DNA from: an uncultured Planctomycetia bacterium
GTDB lineage: Bacteria > Planctomycetota > MHYJ01 > CAYXQY01
DNA length: 47,670 nt
Assembly (NCBI GenBank): GCA_964594615.1
Contig: CAZQNZ010000003.1
Span: 1 to 47,670, forward strand
Direction: 5' to 3'
In this document: piece after piece, positions 36,349-44,611 of the stretch
Layout of the letters: each line of letters begins with the position of its first letter
Numbering within the stretch: the first letter of the stretch is position 1
Notes under the pieces: model-generated
The model's database searches: none
Told to the model about the DNA's origin: nothing
The model's input: only the letters and a program-made list of their open reading frames with translations
Made by a program: the position numbers and the translations under genes

Positions 36349-36901
36349 AGCTCCGAAGGAGCGAAAGCAAATAGCATGGGGCGTAAGTTCCATGTACAAA
36401 CGGGTCCCCAATCATGGAAGCCCCGAACGGGGCGAAACCCCGCAACACTTCTTCCCGCAGACAAAACATTCACCTATTAAATGTTCATCCGGGTTGTCTT
36501 ATAGAAGATCGCTCACTTCTTCATCTTGATCGTAATCCGTATCGTAATTGACGGTCCCTGGTCCGTTACGTGTCGCCCTGCTGGGGCTCAGGTGAACGTT
36601 CGGTTGAATAAAGAAGATTGACGTTCGGGAATGCCACGTGATATCGTCCCGGGAAACGGTTCAACACGCCCCAAATTCTCGGCCGTTCAACTTCGAACGA
36701 ATGTGTACATCACAATCGAGAATCGTTTTACGGCAATCAAAACGCGGGGAGATAAACCACCATGTTCACGTAGCAATAATGGAGCGTTCCATGACGATCC
36801 ATTCTCTCGCTGCCCCTCGAGAATCCGTTCTCACGAATACGCTGAAACCCGGGCTGCACTACGTTTGCCCGGGGCTATTCGCTGCCGCTCCGTTCGGAGC
36901 T
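36349..36901. repeat. Cluster of REP-like palindromes in inverted arrangement (REPIN/BIME-like)
   Basis: AGCTCCGAAGGAGCG (36349) and AGCCCCGAACGGGGCGA (36419) face the inverted copies TCGCCCTGCTGGGGCT (36573) and CGCTCCGTTCGGAGCT (36886-36901); the outer units share AATAGC..GGGC flanks. Confidence 0.7.
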
Positions 36902-37110
36902 CTCTTGATCGTTCAGAACCTCGAAAGAGGGGATATCAAGTCCCCTGGGGCGTCAGTCCGAGGTTGACATGAGCGGAGGGAGAGAATGGCTTGCCTCGCG
37001 GGAGCGAGGTAATGGATCGACATGAAGCGCGCCATACAGTCCCAATGTAAATACGTGATCATTGCTTACCCGTTCGATTCCAATCATGACCTTCGCATGC
37101 GTGCGGTCAA

Positions 37111-38223
37111 TCAGTTCTGTATCGCGTAGTCGGAGGGTTTCAGTCCTTTTTTGAAATCACCGAACCCGAATTTGTTTGGGTTGTACTCGCCCACAATTCC
37201 AACGTCCGTCTGCTGGGGGACCTTCTGGAAGAGGAGGAAGTACGCGGCATTGACCAGAAGCCGTCGGAACGCCGGGTTGAGCAGATCACGTGAGGCGCCC
37301 ATGGTGGTGGTAAACACCATGCCGTTCTTTCCGTTCGGCACCTGATACGGTTTCCCCCAGGCCACCGGCATCATGGGATCATTTTTGTCCGGGTGAGGTT
37401 CACTGTCAGGCTTCATGCCTTTCAAAACCTGTCCGCGCACGAGCACTTTCCAGCTGTCCGGCACGGGAAGGTTGACTTCGTATACGTCAGTGGGCCCCCA
37501 AATCTGTCCGCTTTTGATGCCGTTTGTAATCGGATGGTTCCGCGCCTGTTCGGGTATGATGCCGCGAGTGGATTCACTTCCGTGATTGCCGTGGTGGGCA
37601 ACCCACTTCTCGCCCAGAATCGCTTTGCCGAACCCTCCTTTCCAGAAGTCTTTCGAACCGGTGTATCCATTTGTGTAATGTTTGTAATTACTGTCGTTGG
37701 ACATCTTGAATCCGTGTGTGGCCGTGCGAAGACCCATGACCGGTTTTCCCGCTTTCAGATACCGGTCAATCGGTGTCATCTGTTTGTCCGGCAGATCTCG
37801 GAAACGGGTGGCAATGATCATCAGATCGGCGGATTTGAGGGCGGCTGTTCCGGGAATGTTTTTCTGGTAATCCGGATTGATGTTGCCGGTGTTCGGATCG
37901 ATCGGAAACAGCACGGTGCAGTTGAAACCGTGTCGTTTGGCAAGAATCTTTCCAAGTTGGGGTAATGCTTCCTCGGAACGGTACTCCTCGTCCCCGGAGA
38001 TGAGCACGACGTGTTTGCCGGATCCGGGACCTCCAGCACCGCGATACTGGACCCAGGGTTGATCCTGCTGAGCGTTAGCGGTGTGTATCCCTGCCGTGAT
38101 CACCAGCAGGAAGATGAAGAACAGCTGTGCGGGCCCTGATGAACGTTGAACGGCCGGTGATGTCTTTCGATGCGCATCATGGAGTGGGGACCAGCTCGTC
38201 ACGGTGTTCATGGGCAGGAGCAT
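37111..38223 (-). CDS. Secreted ThuA-like (class I glutamine amidotransferase-like fold) protein (start uncertain)
   Basis: Signal peptide ending ANA|QQ; KHVVLISGDEEYRSEE, GLRTATH, HPI..G, PVAW, VFTTTMG. Confidence 0.8.
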   Translation of the reverse strand: MLLPMNTVTSWSPLHDAHRKTSPAVQRSSGPAQLFFIFLLVITAGIHTANAQQDQPWVQYRGAGGPGSGKHVVLISGDEEYRSEEALPQLGKILAKRHGFNCTVLFPIDPNTGNINPDYQKNIPGTAALKSADLMIIATRFRDLPDKQMTPIDRYLKAGKPVMGLRTATHGFKMSNDSNYKHYTNGYTGSKDFWKGGFGKAILGEKWVAHHGNHGSESTRGIIPEQARNHPITNGIKSGQIWGPTDVYEVNLPVPDSWKVLVRGQVLKGMKPDSEPHPDKNDPMMPVAWGKPYQVPNGKNGMVFTTTMGASRDLLNPAFRRLLVNAAYFLLFQKVPQQTDVGIVGEYNPNKFGFGDFKKGLKPSDYAIQN

Positions 38224-38349
38224 ATTTCAGAGGAAGTGAGTGATTTCAGGATGATTCCATGTAAGAACATTAAAACAAATCACGGCAATGAAGTGAATTA
38301 TGGTTGATGATACGTGGGCTCAGGGCGGACGTTCCGCAGAACGGCTGTG

Positions 38350-39285
38350 TTATTCGGAGGCACGGTTCCGGAACGGCGACAGGAGGGCCATCTTAACGGC
38401 TTCCGCCGCGCCGCTGAGTAACGCATCCAGAGGCAGATTTACGGATGAATGCCCCGATGAAAGCGTGAACAAGAGATCTCCGTCCGACATGGTGCTGGCC
38501 GGGTGAACGACACGCGCGAGGCCATCGAAGCCGGAACCGGACACGTTGCAGCACTGTTCGCACGAGAGGTCCGCGTTCGTTAATATCGTTCCGACGATGG
38601 TGTTGCTTCGCGCGAATCCCGGTGCATCGTCCTCGTCGAGCGATCGAAATCGCTCCGCTCCGTCCATGAACTGATTGCGCTCGTCCCGAGCCCCGGCAAT
38701 GATGCGGTCGTCGTCCGGATCGTGGAGGTCCCCGACGCAGTTGACGGCAACAATCGCAGCGATTCGTATGTCGCGTTTCAGTTCGATTACCGCAGCACCC
38801 ATTGCACCGGGCTGGGCATGTGAAGGTCCGAACGCCTTTCCAATGGTGGCACCGGCTGCCGCCCCAACCCGACCGATATCACACTCGTTTGATGCGTTCT
38901 GACAGGCCGTTCGAGCCATTTCCGGACCCGGCCGAACGGATCCGTCACCGACTCCGAGGTCGTAGAGGGCCGCTGAGGGCACGATGGGGACGTGAAATGA
39001 GTCGGTCTCAAATCCTGCGGACCGTTGTTCGAGGTAGGACTGTACGCCGGCAGCGGCGTGCAGGCCGAAGGCACTTCCCCCGGTCAGGAGGATTGCGTGT
39101 GCGGTCTGAGTGAGTCGCCCGGGTCGCAGGGCATCGGTTTCCAGGGACGCGGGAGCAGCTCCTTCCACCCTCACTCCCCCCGTGGCACCCGCTTCGCAGA
39201 GAATGACCGTACATCCGGTCCGAGCCTCCGTGTTCGTGGCGTGACCGACCTGAAATCCGTCCATGTTCAGTGAACAGGAGGGCAT
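38350..39285 (-). CDS. P1/S58 family peptidase (DmpA-like)
   Basis: GFQVGH, TGCTV, LTGGSAFGL, VPIVPSAALYDL, NT cleavage site, DGDLLF. Confidence 0.9.
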   Translation of the reverse strand: MPSCSLNMDGFQVGHATNTEARTGCTVILCEAGATGGVRVEGAAPASLETDALRPGRLTQTAHAILLTGGSAFGLHAAAGVQSYLEQRSAGFETDSFHVPIVPSAALYDLGVGDGSVRPGPEMARTACQNASNECDIGRVGAAAGATIGKAFGPSHAQPGAMGAAVIELKRDIRIAAIVAVNCVGDLHDPDDDRIIAGARDERNQFMDGAERFRSLDEDDAPGFARSNTIVGTILTNADLSCEQCCNVSGSGFDGLARVVHPASTMSDGDLLFTLSSGHSSVNLPLDALLSGAAEAVKMALLSPFRNRASE

Positions 39286-39493
39286 CTGAGCAGGTTTCCA
39301 AATTTGGATGTCATCTGAAGCGTGCCGGAGCGATCCGGGGCACGTCGATCCGGGACGGACAGAGGTTGAGCCCTCGACCCTTCCCTTAAAAAACGATCAC
39401 ACAGCAGGTTCCAGTGAGCGCATCTCTGCAGTCGCCGGAGTTGCTCCGGCCCTCCGTTTGTCCAATGGCAAACCCCAGAAGCGGATGGGAAAA

Positions 39494-39567
39494 TGGGGGC
39501 GGGAGGATTTGAACCTCCGGCCAACGGCTTAAAAGGCCGCTGCTCTCCCGGGCTGAGCTACACCCCC
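39494..39567 (-). tRNA. tRNA-Lys (anticodon UUU), CCA not encoded
   Basis: GGGGGTGTAGCTCAGCCCGGGAGAGCAGCGGC-CTTTTAA-GCCGTTGGCCGGAGGTTCAAATCCTCCCGCCCCCA folds as a cloverleaf. Confidence 0.96.
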
Positions 39568-39731
39568 GAGTGTCGCAATTCGGAAAATACAGCGTCCGGC
39601 GAGGAATGGGCGGATAGAAGTGTATACTTTTTTACTACAAAGGGATATCAGATTCAACGGCGGCAGATGCCGAATCACTTTGACATGAGGTGAGGCGGTT
39701 GACGGTCTTGAGCGGACACAGGTTGTACCTC

Positions 39732-40412
39732 TCAGCGACGGGCTAGCAGCAGAAAATACAGCAACTGTGCAACCGCCGTGATCGTCGCAGCGACATACGT
39801 CAACGCGGCGGCGGAGAGCACGTCTTCCACGCCCTGCTGTTCCTGCGACCCCCGAATGATGTTGAGTTGCGCAAGCTGTTCCTTGGCACGGGAGGAGGCG
39901 TTGAACTCCACCGGCAGATTGATCAGTTGAAACAACACCACGGCGGAGAACCCGATAATGCCGACCCAGACCAGTTGCATCATCTGGAGCAGAATGCCAA
40001 TCAGAATCAACGGAAAGGCGAGGTTCGAACCGATGCTGGCCAGTGGCACCACCGCGTTCCGTAGATTCAAAGCGAGATAACCTTCCGCATCCTGAATCGC
40101 ATGGCCGGCTTCGTGACAGGCGACACCGACCGCGGAGAGGGTTCGTTTGTCGTGGACGTCCGGGGAGAGTGCCAGCTTCTTCTCCTGCGGATCGTAGTGA
40201 TCGCTCAGATGGCCTTCCGAACGGTCGATCTCGACGCTCGACAGGCCCGCGTGATCAAGCATTTTTCGCGCCGCTTCCGCACCGGTGAGTCCGGACGACG
40301 CACGACGTTCACTGTTCGCGGAGAAGGCGGATTTGACCTTCCACTGGGCCCAGAGGGCGAACAGAATTGCAGGACCGACAATGATGAGGTAAAGCGGGTC
40401 AATGAAAAACAT
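39732..40412 (-). CDS. Membrane zinc metallopeptidase, YugP-like
   Basis: LSDHYDP, ACHEAGHAIQ (HExxH), LPVEFNAS.RA, AAALTYVA. Confidence 0.93.
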   Translation of the reverse strand: MFFIDPLYLIIVGPAILFALWAQWKVKSAFSANSERRASSGLTGAEAARKMLDHAGLSSVEIDRSEGHLSDHYDPQEKKLALSPDVHDKRTLSAVGVACHEAGHAIQDAEGYLALNLRNAVVPLASIGSNLAFPLILIGILLQMMQLVWVGIIGFSAVVLFQLINLPVEFNASSRAKEQLAQLNIIRGSQEQQGVEDVLSAAALTYVAATITAVAQLLYFLLLARR

Positions 40413-40682
40413 GGGCGTCGGAGCGTAATAGGAGTGAGGTATAATCTATCCAGCGCATGATCCGAGCATTAGCTGAATAAGTCATCGTATCAGATTCTGC
40501 CTGGTCAATCAATATTCGAAAGGACGTAAGAGGCATCTGGTTGATATGCCCCCGGTACACTGGAGCAGACGCCGTGGCGGCAATCGTTGAAACTGGGAGG
40601 AAGATGGATGAAAATTGAACGGATTCGTGCGGAGGCGAGGGGTTCATCAAACCGTGCCATCTTATTTACGTTTCAGATTGCT

Positions 40683-41609
40683 ATGCCGCTATCCCAGAAA
40701 CCGGAATGGTTGAAAGTCAAGGCGCCGGGAGGGGAAAATTTTTCGAGCATCAAAGAGGTGCTTCGCAAGTTTAACCTGAACACCGTCTGTGAGGAAGCGT
40801 CCTGTCCCAACCTCGGTGAATGCTGGGGCGGGGGAACCGCCACGTTCATGTTGATGGGGGAGACCTGTACGCGGGGATGTCGCTTCTGTGACGTGGACAG
40901 CGGGCATCCCGAGGAAGAAATCGACCGGTTCGAACCGATGAAAATCGCCCGAGCCGTTTCGGAGATCGAGCTGGAATACGTGGTTCTGACGTCAGTGGAT
41001 CGGGATGATCTGCCCGACGGAGGCGCCGATCACTTTGCCACGACGGTGGAAATGATTCGAGAACTGGATCCGTCGATTTACGTTGAGACCCTGATCCCGG
41101 ACTTTCAGGGGAACCACGATCACATGGATCGTATGTTTTCCTCCGAGCCGGACGTTCTCGCACACAACCTTGAGACGGTCGAACGTCTGACCCCTGATGT
41201 GCGTGATCCGCGTGCCGGTTACGAACAGTCCCTTGAGGTACTCGAATACGCGAAGGACCGCAACCCGGATCAGATCACAAAATCCTCGATCATGGTCGGC
41301 TGGGACGAAACGCGGGAGGAACTTCGACAGGCGATGAAGGATCTCAGATCGGTGGGTTGTGACATCCTGACGTTTGGACAGTACCTCCGTCCCTCGTCGA
41401 AGCACAAGGAAGTGGATCGGTTTGTGCCGCCGGAAGAGTTCGAGGAACTGAAAGAGGAAGGGGAGGAGATGGGCTTTTCCTTCGTCGCTTCCGGACCGCT
41501 CGTGCGATCGTCCTACCGAGCCGGCGAATTTTTCGTGATGAACATGCTCGACAAGGACGAGGACGGTTCGACGACGCGTACGGACAGGGAAGCCGTTCAG
41601 GCCGGTTAA
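40683..41609 (+). CDS. lipA: Lipoyl synthase
   Basis: KPEWLK, CEEASCPNLGEC, radical SAM CTRGCRFC, TSVDRDDL, VRSSY. Confidence 0.97.
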   Translation: MPLSQKPEWLKVKAPGGENFSSIKEVLRKFNLNTVCEEASCPNLGECWGGGTATFMLMGETCTRGCRFCDVDSGHPEEEIDRFEPMKIARAVSEIELEYVVLTSVDRDDLPDGGADHFATTVEMIRELDPSIYVETLIPDFQGNHDHMDRMFSSEPDVLAHNLETVERLTPDVRDPRAGYEQSLEVLEYAKDRNPDQITKSSIMVGWDETREELRQAMKDLRSVGCDILTFGQYLRPSSKHKEVDRFVPPEEFEELKEEGEEMGFSFVASGPLVRSSYRAGEFFVMNMLDKDEDGSTTRTDREAVQAG

Positions 41610-41614
41610 ATTTC

Positions 41615-42607
41615 ATGTCCAAAGACCGCTTTGGTTATCACCCTGACGAGGACCGGTCGGCCGGGACCATCCGCATCGGGATCAGCAGCTGTCTGCTGGG
41701 AGAGGAAGTCCGCTGGAACGGCGGTCACACCCGTGACAATTACCTGACGGAAACCCTCGGGCGGTACTTTGACTGGATACCGGTGTGTCCGGAAGAGGAA
41801 GTGGGAATGGGCGTTCCTCGAGAGCGTGTTCGTCTGGTGGGTGATCCCGAGAACCCCCGGATGGTGGGCATCAAATCGGGTGAGGACTGGACGGACCGCA
41901 TGCAGGCGTACGCGGAGCAACGCATCACGGAATTGCAGCAGGAGAACCTGCACGGCTACATTTTGAAAAAAGGGTCTCCTTCCTGCTCCTTTCAGACACA
42001 GCACGTGCTGGGTGAGGACGGGGATCCGGTTGGGGAGTCAAGGGGGTTGTTCGCGAAGGAACTGCTGAACCGGATGTCGTTGTTACCCGTGGAGGACGAA
42101 GGCCGGTTGCACGACCCGGACCTGCGGGAGAACTTCATCGAACGGATCTTCGCTTACGTGCGCTGGCACCGCATGGTCGAGCTGGATCCGTCGCCGGGAG
42201 ACCTGGTCGCATTTCATACCGCGCACAAAATGACGCTGATGTCTCATCACCCGGATGCCAATCGAGAACTTGGACAGATCGTGTCGGAGGCGGGGAATGG
42301 AGATCTCAAGGAAAAACTCTCCCGTTACGGAGAGAAATTCATGCAGACGATGGAGATCCAGACCACCCGCGGACGACATGCGAATGTGCTGGATCACCTG
42401 CAGGGGTACGTGTCCGAGAATCTGACGTCGGACGAGCGCCAGGAACTGTCGGAGGAAATTGACAAGTACCGCCGCGGCGTTACGCCGCTGATCGTTCCCG
42501 TGACCCTGCTGAAACATCATTTCCGCAAGCATCCGGTCGACTGGGTCATGAAGCAGACGTACCTGTCTCCGTATCCCGAGGAACTCTCCCTTCGAAACCA
42601 CGTCTGA
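41615..42607 (+). CDS. YbgA family protein (DUF523/TudS-like domain + DUF1722)
   Basis: GISSCLLG..VRWNGGH, VCPE, SPSC, EDEGRL.D..LRENF, H.QGY, YLSPYP. Confidence 0.92.
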   Translation: MSKDRFGYHPDEDRSAGTIRIGISSCLLGEEVRWNGGHTRDNYLTETLGRYFDWIPVCPEEEVGMGVPRERVRLVGDPENPRMVGIKSGEDWTDRMQAYAEQRITELQQENLHGYILKKGSPSCSFQTQHVLGEDGDPVGESRGLFAKELLNRMSLLPVEDEGRLHDPDLRENFIERIFAYVRWHRMVELDPSPGDLVAFHTAHKMTLMSHHPDANRELGQIVSEAGNGDLKEKLSRYGEKFMQTMEIQTTRGRHANVLDHLQGYVSENLTSDERQELSEEIDKYRRGVTPLIVPVTLLKHHFRKHPVDWVMKQTYLSPYPEELSLRNHV

Positions 42608-42609
42608 AT

Positions 42610-42948
42610 CTAGGAGGCTGTTGAAAAACCCTTGTAGCGTCAGTGCGGATGCATTTTTTCCGTCCGCAAGGAGAAAAGCACAGACGATGCAGAGGGAGCA
42701 TCGTCGAGCATTTTCGACGCAGCGGACGTGTAAAATGCACCGCATTCGAAAGAACGGGAACGTTCATATTACCAGTTAATAGTGGGTGTTTGAAGGGATA
42801 TTTAAATTTTCGAACGGTCCAATTTCGCGGCGCACCTCGGCGTCACTCGGCGTCGACGATGCACTCACGGCATCGCCTCCTTCTCGTTCCTTGATCTGCT
42901 TGGAAATTGAACCGCTGACAATACAAGGGTTTTTCAACAGCCTCCTAG
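42610..42948. mobile_element. Non-autonomous MITE (331-bp core, 42614-42944) flanked by CTAG
   Basis: Perfect 27-bp inverted repeat CTAGGAGGCTGTTGAAAAACCCTTGTA at 42610-42636 and 42922-42948; no transposase ORF; internal nested palindromes. Confidence 0.88.
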
Positions 42949-43101
42949 TTGATATTCGAGTGGATCGGTCGTAATTTGATGTGTTCGATGTGCCGGATTC
43001 TGCTTGAGAATTGATCTTCGACGGATGGATCTCGAAGGTCACGCCCCCTCGAACGAACGTGTTCGTATACGTCGCATGCACACCCATTTGATGGGGGCAC
43101 A

Positions 43102-44595
43102 ATGAGTACACAAGTCGTCTGGTTTAAAAAGGACCTTCGGATCCGGGATCACCGACCGCTGGCCGAGGCCGTTGAACGGGGACCGGTGGTCTGCCTGTAC
43201 GTGTACGAACCACACTTGTACGAGGATCCCGAATTTCACAGCGCACGTCTCACGTTCATCAACACATGCCTGAAGGAGCTGGACGAACACCTTCGTGAGC
43301 GGGGCGGTCGACTGATTCGCCGTGTTGGTCGCGTGCCGGAGGTGCTGGACCGATTGCATCGATCCCACTCGATCAAACACCTGTGGTCTCACCAGGAAAC
43401 TGGCCGTTACGCCACCTACGAGCGTGACAAAGCCGTGCGAGACTGGACGGATCGGCACCAGGTTCCATGGACGGAATACCCGCAGAACGGAGTGGTCCGG
43501 GGACTGAACAGCCGGAACGGCTGGGCGGACCGGTGGGAGCAGCGGCACTCCCAACCGATGATTGATCCGCCGGACCAGATTCAGGCGCCCGACGACGTGA
43601 AGAGGGGCGAAGAATTAACGCCGTCGGACCTTGATCGAGACGATCCACCGAAACCGGAAGCCCAGGAGGGGGGTGTGGAACGGGCGAATGACATTCTTAA
43701 CTCCTTCCTCAGCGAACGAGGTGCCTCGTACCGTTCCGGCATGTCCAGCCCGGTGACGGCGTGGGATGATTGCAGTCGCCTCAGCCCGCACCTGACCTTC
43801 GGAACACTGTCGATGAAACAGGTGTACCAGCGTACGTCGGACCGCCAGGAGGAACTGAAGCAGATGAAAGACCAGGGACAGGAGGTGGACGGGGAATGGC
43901 TGCAGTCGCTGTCGATGTTCGTGGGACGATTGCACTGGCACTGTCATTTCATGCAGAAACTGGAGGACGAACCTCGCATGGAGTTCGAGAACCTGGCCCG
44001 GTCCTACGACGGGTTGCGGGAGGGGTCGTTTGACGAAGGGCAGTTTCGTGCGTGGAAACAGGGCGAGACCGGGTTTCCGATGGTCGATGCGTGTATGCGA
44101 GCACTGCACCGGTCCGGCTGGATCAACTTCCGCATGCGGGCCATGCTCATGAGTTTCTCCTCCTATCACCTCTGGCAGCACTGGCGCCGGCCGGGTCAGT
44201 GGCTGGCGCGTCAGTTCCTGGATTTTGAGCCGGGCATCCACTGGCCGCAGGTACAAATGCAGTCCGGCACGACTGGGATCAACTCGATACGTATTTACAA
44301 TCCGACCAAGCAGGTGCACGACCACGATCCGGACGGGGAGTTTATCCGCGAATACGTGCCCGAGCTACAGGACGTTCCCGGCGCATACATCGCGGAACCG
44401 TATAAAATGACGGAGGCCGATCAGCGGAAGGCCGGTTGTATCATTGGAACGGATTATCCCGAGCCGATCGTGGACGGCAAACAGGCCTGGAAACGCGCCA
44501 ATGATCGCATCTGGGCGGTGAAGGATTCAGAGGAGGCCAAACGGGAGGCGGAAGAAATCTACGAAAAGCATGGAAGTCGACGTGGACCCGATTAA
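43102..44595 (+). CDS. Cryptochrome/deoxyribodipyrimidine photolyase family protein
   Basis: VWFKKDLRIRDH, SRLSPHL.FG, WHCHFMQKLE, GETGFPMVDACMR, INFRMRAM, FLDFEPGIH. Confidence 0.93.
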   Translation: MSTQVVWFKKDLRIRDHRPLAEAVERGPVVCLYVYEPHLYEDPEFHSARLTFINTCLKELDEHLRERGGRLIRRVGRVPEVLDRLHRSHSIKHLWSHQETGRYATYERDKAVRDWTDRHQVPWTEYPQNGVVRGLNSRNGWADRWEQRHSQPMIDPPDQIQAPDDVKRGEELTPSDLDRDDPPKPEAQEGGVERANDILNSFLSERGASYRSGMSSPVTAWDDCSRLSPHLTFGTLSMKQVYQRTSDRQEELKQMKDQGQEVDGEWLQSLSMFVGRLHWHCHFMQKLEDEPRMEFENLARSYDGLREGSFDEGQFRAWKQGETGFPMVDACMRALHRSGWINFRMRAMLMSFSSYHLWQHWRRPGQWLARQFLDFEPGIHWPQVQMQSGTTGINSIRIYNPTKQVHDHDPDGEFIREYVPELQDVPGAYIAEPYKMTEADQRKAGCIIGTDYPEPIVDGKQAWKRANDRIWAVKDSEEAKREAEEIYEKHGSRRGPD

Positions 44596-44611
44596 TCGCG
44601 ACAGGTGACAC

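Noticed and set aside
36631-36972. ORFs of 109-113 aa
   Set aside because: They run through REP-like palindromes and show no protein features.
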